A stretch of DNA of 60,549 nucleotides, the filler included, from Hydrolagus affinis (lineage: Eukaryota), in the NCBI GenBank assembly GCA_012026655.1. It is 5 parts of 5 records of this genome, joined end to end, with 100 filler letters (N's around TTAATTAATTAA, not from the genome) between each part and the next. Parts side by side here need not be neighbours in the genome. Positions count along the whole stretch, not along the records: positions 47,972 to 60,549 come from JAAILG010021729.1; 4 more parts are not named here. The stretch is one strand, 5' to 3'. The first letter of the stretch is position 1. Each line of letters begins with the position of its first letter. Of the stretch, positions 47,872-60,284 are shown piece by piece. The notes under the pieces were generated by a model. That model made no database searches and had not been told where the DNA came from. It saw only the letters and a list, made by a program, of their open reading frames with translations. Both the position numbers and the translations under genes were made by a program.

Positions 47872-47971
47872 NNNNNNNNNNNNNNNNNNNNNNNNNNNNN
47901 NNNNNNNNNNNNNNNTTAATTAATTAANNNNNNNNNNNNNNNNNNNNNNNNNNNNNNNNNNNNNNNNNNNN
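47872..47971. other. Artificial contig linker
   Basis: N44-TTAATTAATTAA-N44. Confidence 0.97.
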
Positions 47972-48169
47972 TTATTATTATTATTGCTGGTATAGGTAAG
48001 CTACATGTTTACCAACATAACAGCCCCCTACATTCAAATGCTATGAAATACTTTGTTATTACTTAAATCATTAAGTAATTACTTAAAGACTTAAATGTCT
48101 TATTCTCGGATGAATATGCACATTCTGTGGAATACCTTGACCTTGTTCTCTGCTGTTTCGCGATCACAG

Positions 48170-48302
48170 ATTACCACCAGAGAAGTACCCCAAACTGCTG
48201 GAATACTACCACCGCCTGGAGAAGCGCCCAAGTATCCAGGCCTCGTGGCCACCCCACTGGAAAGAGAGCGCTCCAACTTCAGACATACTGAAGGACATCT
48301 GA
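48170..48302 (+). CDS. gstr: Terminal coding exon of a rho-class glutathione S-transferase
   Basis: Acceptor ATCACAG, phase 2: LPPEKYPKLLEYYHRLEKRPSIQASWPPHWKESAPTSDILKDI*. The RPSI.ASWPPHW...LKD motif matches fish GST rho C-termini (recalled). This frame is not in the ORF track. A long AT-rich 3' UTR-like stretch follows. Confidence 0.85.
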
Positions 48303-51300
48303 GCCTCAAACAAGAGCAATCTCAAATGCCTGTGTTTCCCAAATTCTTCAGGTGCTTGAACCCAGAAAAATAACTTTCAGTGTTTTCCTTTTGTTTGTTC
48401 CTCTGTCTTCCCCCCCACCCAAAAAAAAACAGACTACAATATTTGTTAATGCCCAAAACTGAGCTTCAAAATCTGTGTTTTTTAAACCTTCCACACAAAA
48501 GGGAAAGATGGATTGCTGTTGATGTTACCGCTTCCTTCACTAGTTATATTCAGTCAACATGGGGGAGAAAGGCTGCCCCCTGCCTATCCTGATTGCTACT
48601 TGCTATGGTCATCAAGTCAATGTTAAAACTAAATTGCCCATTTCAAAAACTTCTTGATAATTTCAAGGGCATTTTTTTTTGTCTTTACTCATTTGTTTTT
48701 GACTTGCCCATTATCCCTGTGGAAAATTAAGAGATCTACATCCATGATCTCCTCTAACTGCAGCAATTAGATTAGCTGGCGAATGCTCCTTTATCCAGCT
48801 GTGACAACAGGTTCTTTAAGTACAATAAAACTTGTACAGGTTGTCCCTGTCGATCCCCGTTGGACTGCAACACTATTTTGGAACTGATAGTAATTGATAG
48901 AATGTCTCGTCTCACCTTGTAATGCCTTCCCCTCCTTCCCAATTTAAGTCTCCTTTTAATGTTCTCTCACATACTTTGTGCACTATATATACACACGACA
49001 CTAACCTTTAACCTTAGGGGCTCATCAACCTGCACTTTCTACTTTGGGGACAGTGGCACAAATTTGGGGAAACGTTGTTTCACTCTGTCCTCGCATCTTA
49101 GAATTGATCATTTCAAACCTACTCACCTTCTATAGAATAGGCTCTTTCTGTAGAGAAACACAAGTCATTTTAAAAAGACTGAGAGAGAGGCGTAAAACCT
49201 GTGCAGCCTCTTGTGCACAGAATTATACTTTAATTCTTGAAAACTAATTCATCTGGTGGGAATTGTTTCAATCAATCAGACCAATTTTATCTTGGTAGCT
49301 GGAGCTAGTTTACTATCTAACGATGTAACCTGTTTTGTACTGTCCATAACCAATTTACCATTGAGTAGACTTCTTTAGACTATTACTGTGATTTAAACGG
49401 TGAAATGTGATTATTGATATAGACCAGATCTGTATGATGTAGACAGTGTTCCTTCAAGCTGAATGTTAAATGACCTGAAAGCAATTATTTGAGGCTTCGT
49501 CTATATCCCTTGCAATACGAGAGTTGAAGCTGATGAACCTTTTAATCTAGCATTGATGGGGCTCTGGCATCTTGCAACTTTTAAAGATGAAACTCAAATT
49601 TGCTTTCCTCTCTAGGCTGTTCTGAGGTAGCCCACGAAGTGTGATGCAGTGTTGCAGGAAGCTTAGTTGTGCTCCTGGTTTGAATTTCCTCCTGCCTCGT
49701 TCCTAATCTTGTTCCGTCTGTAACCCTGTGGCAAGGAGGGGGGGAAAGCCTTTATTCTTAAAGTGGGACAGGCTTAATCTTTATTATTAATACCTCCCTA
49801 CATTCTCTTCCCCAAATGTAATGTTTGTTTGATAATGCACTTCCAATCAAACATCAGTCCACACTGTGCTTGGCTCATCCAATGGGTAATAAATAAGCAC
49901 AAACCTGATACAGTCGAGTGGTAAGGAGTTTCAGTTTTGATCCTCTGCTCTTCCATTTCCTAATTAATTGTTAATGTAATGCAATGAACGCCAGCAGCTG
50001 CCAAGTTGTGCTTGTTAATATTCAGGCTGAATTACGAACAGGGCTAAGCTGCTTGGGGAAGATGAGTTAAAGTGAGAAATATGGGGTCAGTTTGGAGCTT
50101 AAGCACTGAGATCAGCCATAACAGGAATGTTGACTCATACTTACACCACAGACTTAATCAATCAGTATCATTGATGCGAAATAAAAGCCAACCAAATTAG
50201 CCGTGACCTCGGCATATGACAGGACCTGAAACTGATGCTGGGCTAGATTTTGCAGAACAGTGGCTGCTCTTGTGCTACATCGTGCAGACTGGTCTATTTC
50301 TGTCAGACATGTGATTGCTTTTTCATAGTTCTCACTGACTGGTGTGTGTGTGTGTCTGTAGTTGCTGCTGGTGTACATGTTAACATCATTATTTTGTGCT
50401 TTCGTTTCTGATATGTACTTGGTATTAAACTTCAGTGAGTATGTTGGTACTTCTAACACTATTAAACTGATCAGTTTGACTGACCTTTGGTATATTGCAC
50501 TGATATATTTCACTCATCTGTGTTACATTATACACTGGGAAACATTTGTCTTAGTCTACTCCATTCCTGAATGTGCTACTACGATAGAGTGTAACTACTG
50601 TTTGTATCTCACTCGATGCCTATTCTTCATAAGAGTGTCTATGCCTGTTTGTGTCATCATTGTTTTATCGGCAATTAGAACTGAGAACACTATCCTGACA
50701 TCAATGTGGCACTTTCCACAAACAGTTACTGTAGGAATGGACTTTTTTTAATCTCTCTACAAATCTCCAGAGGACTGAAGGCAATTTCAGGCCTGGCTCT
50801 CATCAGGTCAATAAAACTGCACATGGGATTAAATGAGAGACTTCTTGTGACCGCGTGTTTCGTTTAGAATACAACACTTTAGCCACCGTGGATACAGGAT
50901 TTCACCAGGGTTATTTGTTAATTAAAAAAAGTGAAATGTTAAACTGTTTAGGTTAAAATAATTACGTTTCCAAATCTAAAACCTTTTAAACTTAAACTCG
51001 ATTCACTCAATTTATTCACAACAGATTTATAATCGGAAGGAAAATAATCTCATGTGGGTGTTTTCTAGAATAAATTTACCCTAAATAACTTTGATCAACA
51101 TCTATATTCATATATATTTCTCACTGATTTGAATTTCCTGCTGTGCAGTGATGCTGGTAACTCCACGTGGAACATCATTGCAGGCAGCAGCACAAATAAA
51201 ACTGATTTAAAACAAATTGGGGGTAGTGGTGCTGCTCTGAATCAGTTGGAGTTTCTGTTTGTCCCTATCAGTATCACAAAGACACTGACTGACTGGGATA

Positions 51301-52280
51301 TTGACAGACACAGGCTCTGCTACATAGAGAAAGGCCCAGACCATTTTTATCATCTGGTATTCTGACGCAGTGTCCACCCACAGTCTTAACGTCACCATTT
51401 TAAATTTGTGCGCAGTGTGAGGTTAGTCATTTTTAAAAAAAATTGCAGTATATTTGTGCAATTCTCTTATCAACATGAGTCAAAAACACCCAGGAATTGA
51501 CAATTGTAAGTCTTGTAGTTTTTAAAAATAATAATTTCTGCTGTCTGTAGAACGTTGGTATAGGAATGCTGGCATTATTACAGCTCGTGGCAATTTTTTA
51601 AAAAAAAACAAAGCATTTAAAAAAAAACTACCTCTCTGTATCCAAAGCCTCTGTCTGTTGCTGTCCTGCGCTGGCAGGTACAGACAGGCTCTCACAGATG
51701 GAGAAAGGCTTTTCCCCCCATTTTCTGAAATTGCTGGATGTTTTTTGGTCAGGTGGGTGACTTAACACATGTAAAAAACCATCACCATGCTTAAGAGCAT
51801 TTAAACCAAACAGATTTCAATGCATCCCACCTACATGTGGTAATTGCGGAGATATGATTGTTGGAATGGAATGCTCACTCTCCCTGGAGGGACACCTGGT
51901 TACCTAACTAGGGCAACTGCTGGAGTCCGACCATATAATGCCACCCCATTACGTAACCCAACATCTTTAAGAGAGTTGGTGAATGAAATACAATGGAGGA
52001 CAACGTTAAAACAAGTATTGGGACTTTATTTCTGCACTTCCATTGAACTTTAAACATGATCAAAGGGCAAGATTACTTACAGACGTTTTATGCTCAGACA
52101 AATGTTTTAAATTGAAAATAAATATAGTACTTTAGTGGTGGACCATCTCCCTGCGACCATCTCCCTGTGACCAACTCCTCCACCTCGGTCAGTATATTTA
52201 TGGAAAGTTTCAGCAGTTAATGTTTGTGGTTTCGGTGACGCCTTGCCTTGTCACATGCCTGTCAAGATGTGGTTGGTGAA

Positions 52281-52568
52281 ATCTTGTAGCTCAGTGGTTA
52301 CAGCACTCTCCTCGCAAGCGAGAGGCCTGGGTTTAATTCCTGTCAGGGTGAAACTTTAGGCAAGTTTCCTTACTCCACACCCCTGATAATAATCCCTCAA
52401 AAAAAATTGGTTATTTCAATCCACAACTCTTTCTGGGAAACTGTTGTGTGCAATTCACTGCTGCGTTTTGCCCACAAATATACAGTCAATTCACTTTACA
52501 TTTTGTGATATGCTTTGAGACACGTAGAAGGCGTGAAAAGCGCTATATCAAATGCAAGGATTATTATG
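52281..52568 (+). mobile_element. tRNA/Deu-type SINE
   Basis: GTAGCTCAGTGGTTACAGCAC head, body, ATT tail. Confidence 0.82.
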
Positions 52569-53934
52569 AATCCTTCACTTTGTTGCCACTTTCACATCTG
52601 ATGCCTTTTATTTGCTCATCTTTAAACCAGGCGAGACCCTGGCCCAATCCCAATTCACAGCGGGGGCGATCGCACTACCCCCTGCCAGGGCTTGTGGTGG
52701 GAGTGCAGTGAGAGCGTATACTCACTGCAATTTTAAATGTTGCAAAAAGATGTGGTTTCTGGGGTGCGATTTGTTTTTACAGCCTTAGAGCGGCCTCTGA
52801 TCCACACCTGATCTTATCACAACAGAGGAAAGATCAGCTAACTTCATAACCATTCTTTACCCTCAATTGGAATATGAAAATATTTTTTATCTCTCAAACT
52901 TATAGTATCAGTTATAACTGATCAATCTCATATTGCACTCTTCCTTCATCCCATTCCACGCTGCTCTTTGGGTCAAAGTTTCGGCAAATCATCAGCACTT
53001 CAAAGATGGTAATCTACTCTGCATGCGTGTACTCAGCCTAACCGCAGCTGCTGCCTTGTAGGCCATTTGTAGGCCAGCAGTGGATTTAAAGGTACAAAAA
53101 CAACAGTGATCAATTGCATTTATATATAGCCCTCCACCCTGGGCGGCATCTCAGAGTGCTTCATAATGGTGGAGCTCTGTGCTTGTAGCACACACCTTTA
53201 TTAAATTCTACATTGCTAAAAAATACACTGTGGACAGAATTGCACAACTATGTGACTTGACCAGTTTCAAGAAGCTGTCCATCAATAAACAGGAAACCAC
53301 AACTGTTTCTTTTTAAATGCACGCAGGGTTTTCTTAGAATGAGTGCGGTGTTGTACTGAGGGTAATGGAATGTTTACTGAGAGCTGCCTTTATCCGATAT
53401 TGTTGAGCACTTAAAGTGAACCCTTGGTGGCTGACCAAATCGGTTAAATTTGAGTTTTTCATTTAAAAAACTGCTTAGCTATTTCCAGGTTGGAAAGACA
53501 CTTTGACTCACAGTAAATCATTCAGATCAAATTGTAGAGACATTTGAATGCAATGTTTCACTATTACTTATCTTATTCTGGTCAGAAGAAATAGATGTGT
53601 AATTCTCCAGGAAGACTAGTCATACAATGAGTAAACTAGAACCTGACTTTGTAGATGTAATGATCTGGCTTTTGAAATGTTCAACTCGGCATCGTTTAAT
53701 AATCTTGCATTTTGATCTAGCAACTAATTCAGACATCTCAAAGCATTACTCAGTGTTTCATTTCCGTGTTTCAGTGTGAGGTGAAAAAAGGTGACTGTTT
53801 AATTGTAGGCAAACATAACAGACAATTTGCCCTCAGCAGCGTTTCATAAACAACAACAACCTGCATTTATACAGTACAGTGCCCTTCACGTGGCGCAGGT
53901 CAAACAGCGCTGAAGTAAATGACTAGTTCTGCAG

Positions 53935-54040
53935 TTCTGACAAAAGGTTGTGGACCAGAAATGTTGACTCACTTTTCCTTTCTCCATAAATGCTGCCTGA
54001 CCTGCTGAGTGTGAGAATTCCCAGCGATTTCTGTTTATCT
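53935..54040 (+). mobile_element. Penelope-like fragment
   Basis: CTGACAAAAGG..GAAATGTTGACTC..GCTGCCTGACCTGCTGAG. Confidence 0.62.
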
Positions 54041-54300
54041 TTTCAAATAGTGTCATGAGATTTTTAACATCCACCTGAACATGCAGACTGACTCTCGGAT
54101 TTACTTATCTGAAGGATAGCACCTTTACCAATGCGGTACACCCCCGACAATGCATTAGAGTGAAATGCACAACCTTCTGATTCACAAGTGATTACTGCCA
54201 ATTGAGTCAGACTCACAACTCAGTGAATGCAATTTTGTCATAATTGTTTACAACTTCATCTATTAAATGGCAAGATTTTCTCTTTGGGTACATTATTCAG

Positions 54301-54632
54301 AGGCCTGCAGCTTAGTGGTTAGAGCACTCACCTCGCAAGCGACAGGACCTGGGTTTGATTCCTGGGCAGGGAGAAACATTTGATAAGTTTCCACAGGACT
54401 CTATGAGTAGCAGTAAGTAGACATCCAGTTGTTAGTTGATTGGCTGGAAGCTTTCCCTTTTTTGAAGGGTAATAATCCCTTCAAAATAATACTACTTCTA
54501 ATAATAATTTGGTCACTCAATCATGAATGCAGGTGGGACACTGCTATGTGTAATTGGCTGCTGCCTTCTTTCCACAGGCTATACAGTACAGTACAGTCAA
54601 TTCACTTTCAGAATTATTATTTATTATTATAA
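54301..54632 (+). mobile_element. tRNA/Deu-type SINE
   Basis: GCTTAGTGGTTAGAGCAC head, body, ATT tail. Confidence 0.78.
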
Positions 54633-55292
54633 TATGTAGTTCAGCAAAGAAGCAGCAGATGGCACTACAACACTGCGAAGCAACTTGGTAAAAAAAAGAT
54701 AAAGGCCATTAATAATACAATGCAAAATTTTGCAAGTTTCCCAAACAAGAACCATAGAAATTGTGTTCATTTCCAGAAAATAGCATAACAGGAACACTAT
54801 TGTCTCAAAAGTTATCTTTGCCTTCTGAAGTTTCAATGATTCTGGAGAAGATGGGTTAATTATTTTTCAGATACCAAGATAAACACGCCCACAGAGACAG
54901 GACGTTTCATTAGGAAGTCTTTATATAGCAATGTGCATGATACAGAAAGGCATACCGGTAGTTACCAATCTGGTAACTATGCCTGGTAACCAATCTGGTA
55001 ACTATGCAGAAGGAATGGTTGCACAACTTAAAATTTTTTATGTTTTCTGCTTTCTCTTTTTTTCTTGGTCTTCATTTATTTTCTTCTTTATTTGCTAGAC
55101 GTGGTTTCAATGCTGGTCTGTTCCTAAAGGCAGCAGCTATACCAGTTTAGTTTATAACCTAACTTGTTTATTGCATTCATATCATATATAGACACCAGTT
55201 CTTTGTCTAACTTTTCACGTAACACAGATCATTTGTTTCACATTCCTTTCCCCACTTAACTGCACCACACAGAGCAACAGGTCATTAAGGAA

Positions 55293-55700
55293 AACAACAA
55301 CAATAACAACAAAATTACACTTGTTTAGTCCCTTTCACATCAGGAGGACATCCTAAGGCACTGGGCAGTCACTGTGTCAAATCCGAGCTGGGGATAGGAG
55401 GGGGTTGGGGGGTGGTGGGGGGAGAAGTGGGGGATTAGAAGTTGCCAATGGGATCATCGAAGAGGAGAGTCTTGAGGCGGGACTTGAAGGAGGCCAGGGA
55501 GGGGGGCAAGGTGGAGGGACTGCGGGATGGAGTTCCAGAGGTTGGGGGCAGACTGGCTAAAAGCTTCACGCCAACGGTGGGGCGGATGGGTCAGGGGATG
55601 TGGAGCAGGCCAGAGCCTACTGAGCGGAGTGGGTGGACAGGTTGGTAAGGGGGTTAGAAGGTCACGGATGTAGGGTGGGGCGAGGTTGTGGAGGACTTTA
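55293..55700 (-). mobile_element. L2 LINE 3' fragment
   Basis: AAC tail; GGAGTTCCAGAGG (LWNS reversed). Confidence 0.75.
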
Positions 55701-56324
55701 AAAGATAGACACCATTCATTTCTAAAGATTACAAAAATAAGTCTAGAGTCCTGTGAACTATGCTAACAGATAGTGCGATACATCTGGTTTCTGGCACACA
55801 GCTATCTTTCCATCTCACAAAATGGCCAACTTTAAGGTCATCAGGAGGCCACTGATGCCACTTCCTGTACGCTGCATCCACCTAAATTGGCGGAGAGGAT
55901 AATGGTTAACTTCATGGCATCTTTCCAGATACGTGCATTGATTGAGCCAAATAGACAGCAGGATAACCTGCAGTGAAGTGTAGTGACTGAGTGCTTGTTA
56001 GCAAACAAATACATAACTTACTTTATGATGGTTTGAAGCACCTTGCCATGTGTAAAACTTTTAAGACTTTTCAATTCTACGGTATTACATCCAATGCAGG
56101 AATTAGTCTATAATTATTATTTATCCACTAAACATCATCCAATATAACAAATCATCTTCATTCCTTATTATTATCGTGATATTATCAAAGATGAAATTGC
56201 ATTTAAGGCAAAATCACTACTTTAAAATGTTGATGGTGGGTGGACCATGGGGTGGGGATGGGGGAGGGGCGGATGGTGGGGGGCAGGGGGGATGGGGAGA
56301 AGGACAAATCAATGAAGGTCTTAC

Positions 56325-56430
56325 CTTCAAATAGTGTTGGTTTTATGCTAGTCCACAATGATAACTGTCAACAACAGCATCAACAATAAACACAGTGTTA
56401 ACATAGCCCTCTGTATCCCCTGATCAGCGG
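56325..56430 (-). pseudogene. TM exon of the VJ-C1 gene, with premature stop
   Basis: Acceptor TTTTGCAG, donor AG|GTAAGA; phase-1 reading ADQGIQRAMLTLCLLLMLLLTVIIVD*. Confidence 0.72.
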
Positions 56431-56666
56431 CTGCAAAATAAATACAACAATATATAACAAATATAGTATTTGCCAACAAATAAAACATCCTTCTATTGGA
56501 GGACTGATAATGGCACAGCGCACATGGCGTTCAATAGCTCAGGAACTTGATATGATGGTTAATTCTGTTCAGTTAATATTGGGGGCAAGGTGGAGGTGGG
56601 GGAGTGCATAAAAACAATGAAAACACGTCATCAGCAACAAGATTTAGAAGAAAAAAACAAGTTTTC

Positions 56667-56977
56667 CTTGGTAAGAACCAGAAACAACGTAAATAGCAAT
56701 GATTAGAGTCCCAAGGCTCAGGTGAGATACCAGACAGGTGTAAACAGTCCCTCTGTGGATAGGCTTTGTCTCTTCCAAGGAGCTTGAAGCTTTATATCTC
56801 TCCCACCTCTCCCAAGCTGTTTGATTGTATTCACAGCCAAAATGTTCTTATCATCTTTATACCAAGTGATAGTGATATCTTCTGGGTAAAACTCATCCGT
56901 TTCACAAACTAGAGTCAGAGAGGTGGTTGAGTTCCTGTCCGACACTTTGTAGAGTATTTTGGGATGTATCAGGATAG
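56667..56977 (-). pseudogene. C1-set exon of the VJ-C1 gene, frameshifted
   Basis: Acceptor TATGCAG; ILIHPKIL..LTLVCETDEFYPEDITITWYKD, then one base short near 56800, then YKASSSLEE..TVYTCLVSHLSL. The 3' boundary is uncertain (56667 or 56679). Confidence 0.82.
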
Positions 56978-59020
56978 CTGCATAACAAGAGGAGGAATTG
57001 GTGACAGAGAATAAATTTAAAACTTTGTAATTAAAATGTACTTTATTAATTTCTGCTGTAACCATTCCCTCGCCCCTATCCTCCTTGGGGGAAGGGGATG
57101 TAACTGGGGGTTTTCTTGGAGCTCAGCTAACTCCAAGTTGACATGTTTGGCAGCGGAATTCAGAATCGAGGAAGCCCCTGTGATGGTGTCACTAGTTTGG
57201 TTCCTGAACCAGGCAGATCCTCAGTGTTCCAGAGCACCGCTAATAAAGGCACAGCCAACCTTGTTCATCAGCAAGACTTGGGAGATCAGACCTATCATTG
57301 GGTGCATTGGGTCCTGTTAACCCTGCAAGGCAAAGTCCTCATGGGTAGGTTGGTCCTCGCTGGACAAGCAGTGGGAAGATTGCCAGACAGAGATATCAGT
57401 GGCAAGCCATAAATGTTATCTGGTTAAACTCCAGAAGGTAGCCCAATGCATTGGGTGAGGTTCCCAAGTCTTGGCTCTTGCCAACCAGCGCCTAATACTT
57501 TCCAGAATTAGATAAGCAGGATGCATCTCTCTACAGATGTGTATTCCATTCCAAGAATCTAGACATGAGAGCACTGTATCAAAAATGTAAGGATTATTTT
57601 TATTCATCTATCTCTGTAATTTTCATGTGTGGGTGAGATACATGGAAATCAGTTTGTGTGGGTTCTCTCTATCATGGTGATGGGTTTCCGCATGTGCCAG
57701 ACACCATGCTTAAGAACATCCAACACAGGCAGCAAAGACACACCCCAATTAACTATTTCTGGAATTTAGGCGCAAATCGGCAAGAGCCAAGAATTGAGCA
57801 TCCAACAGTGTATGTTCAGGTAACTGCTAGAGTCTAACCAGCTAAAACCTTATAGCTTGCCATTAATCACACTGTCTGACTCCCGTTGCTAGGACCACCT
57901 TTGGTTTACAGGGTTAACAGAAGCTGAGTGGAAGGATTCCTTCCTCCCAGTGACTGGTTTGTTTTTCTAAGACTTGCCGATGACTTTAGACTGGCTGTGC
58001 TATCATCAACACGGCCCAGGAATCCTCGGACCTGCCCAGTTCTGGTCCGACATTCAATTCCCAAACATCTCACATTTGAACCAGTTTCAGTTCTAAGGAA
58101 TCCTCATTAACCCTTCTCTCAGGATACTTTTCAGGGGCGTGTAGTTGGCCTGGATTTAGATCTACTACACTAATGTAGCATTATTAAACATCCAGAATGC
58201 AGCAAATTCTTTAATGCAGCTTTGATTTTGAAGCCCCCGTTTTGTATACATTATTTTAAGAGCTACAGATAACAGCTTCAAAGTTTAGACTGAATTCAAC
58301 AATTTGCCAAGTTGGGGGTCATTGAAATGCTACATAAATTGTGTCAATCTGTTGTTCCCCAGGTGGGATTTCTCACTGGTCATTCATGGAATTGAGAGAC
58401 ACGGCCTACTGAGGAATTGTAAATGAGGCCAGGCTTCAGAGACATTGGCAGTTCAGTCTGAAGTATCTTCAGCTCCGAGAGAAACTCAATTATATTTAAC
58501 TTTAACAGTAGCTCCAGCGACACAACTTCAGGTAAAGTCAGAACAGCTTCTTATGTTTCTACATGTTTATTGGGCTGATCTTTCTTTAAATTCCACTATT
58601 CCGCTATTTGTCTTATGTGAGCGAACATGGGTCATATGTAACGTCTCACCATCCAAATAAAACCAAGAATAAGGATTAAAATAGCAACACGTCTCAGAGC
58701 TGATGTAATATATATTCATGTTACATTACTAATCTTGATGATAATGAATGTGCAATGTCAGTTCATCTCAATTGTTTGCACTGTGAATTCTAGGCAGAAG
58801 GTCGTGGGTTGAAGGTTGTGGGTTCACTGAGCAATATCTAATGAGGTAAGAGTCGCCTCATGGTCATTATTACAACGCGTTTCAGATGCGATCAGGCACT
58901 ATTTAAAAAAACAAGAGTGATGTTAGTTCCTCTCTTTTTTCTGAAGCAAAAAACCCAAATACCGGTATCTGCAATCTAAATATATACACAGCAGGACAAT
59001 GGCAGCGGCCACTTACTTAC

Positions 59021-59336
59021 CGTGGACAACCAGTAAACTTCCAGTTCCATTTGTCATTCCTCTTTCCCAACATCTCACTCTACAGTAATAGGCTCCTGAG
59101 TCCTGGAGACTGATGTTCAGCAGCTGAAGGGAAGCTTCCCCACTCTGGGTAAGGAACCGTTTTCTGCCGTCTGAGCCCGGCTGGAGATACCCATTCTCAC
59201 CCAGTTTCCACCACTCAACAGTCACAGCGGAATTATCAGAAGGGGAGAAAATGCACCTGAAGGTAACATTGGCAGCTACGATGGTGGGGGGGGGTGGGGG
59301 GGGGTTGGGTCACTTTGAGGGGAACACCGGCAGCCA
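59021..59336 (-). pseudogene. Single-exon VJ-type Ig V domain (NKp30-like) with no RSS; frameshift in a poly-G tract
   Basis: Acceptor CTGACAG; AAGVPLKVTQPP..NVTFRCIF..VEWWK..LQDSGAYYCRVRCWERGMTNGTGSLLVVH; donor G|GTAAGT. The exon is 316 nt; removing one G from the G9-T-G9 run (59286-59304) restores the frame. Confidence 0.82.
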
Positions 59337-60284
59337 CTGTCAGAGAGAATATAAACATCCATTACTATATAGAAGCGAAAAATCTACATATAATACAATT
59401 CAAGCATTGAATCAACGCCACCCACGTTGCTAAATTACTCATTTTATTCAGCCAATTTCCAGCACTTTCCCGGTGTCACGAATATATATAAAAATAAAAC
59501 AAGAGATAGAAAGAGCTAAATACCTGACGCCCACTACCATAAAATATTGAAATACAATTCTTACTAACATGTTGAGAATAGGCATTGACACCGCGCTTCC
59601 AACAGTACCAAGTTATGAGAGTATTAGAAAATCTAGTTGTATGTGATTTGGTATAAACAGTGGAGCGGTGATATCGGATACCACACCCTAAAGGGGGGGA
59701 GGGGAGGGGGGGGGCAGAAACGGGTTAGATGATCAGGTAACATTATAGTGTGTAAGTGTCACTTTGTGGGTTAGAATTTCATCTCATCGGCGACTAACAC
59801 CCAGTCCAGCCAATGGGACCATGATCACACCCGGTGTAGCGGTAATTGAGGTGTACATATCACAACAGATTAGAAGCGCGGTGCTCTGGGCTGCGTGATC
59901 TGTGTGTGATCAAATTTACTGATTGCCAAAACATCTCTGCGACGAATTCCAGTTCATCAGCGAGATTCCTGTTGAGTGAAGAGGTTCGCCCATCATTTCA
60001 TTGTTGGCACTGTCAGAAGTGATGTGAAAATGTGCAATACAGAGGTCTACCCGAGCACAGGTGGGGAACTGGGAACTGATGCAACCGCCAAGACTGTATT
60101 TGTTGATTTATTTTCCGGCCAAACTCTTTTTAAAAAAGATGAAAAGTGTTGTACGGTCACAGAGAGCGTTTTTATTTGAGATCTAGAATCTGACAATTGT
60201 CCGCGAAAGTGCAATCTCAACATCCGATTGGAATCCAATGATTCCTGTAAACAATCCAACCAGTACCTGGTGCCAATGTTACGT

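Noticed and set aside
48095-48373. 92-aa ORF-track protein
   Set aside because: Wrong frame; the real coding frame is the GST rho terminal exon.
52625-52715. GC-rich stretch with faint similarity to the 7SL 3' end or U1 on the minus strand
   Set aside because: Only short, out-of-order matches; more likely a repeat fragment. An Rfam search would settle it.
57050-57600. Coding-looking sequence in the V-C1 intron
   Set aside because: Multiple stops in the frames I read; possibly an old Tx1/L1-type LINE, but too decayed to call.
59470-59570. Candidate leader for the VJ-C1 gene (MVVGVRYLALSISCFIFIY...)
   Set aside because: Hydrophobic, but I found no canonical phase-1 GT donor; left uncalled.
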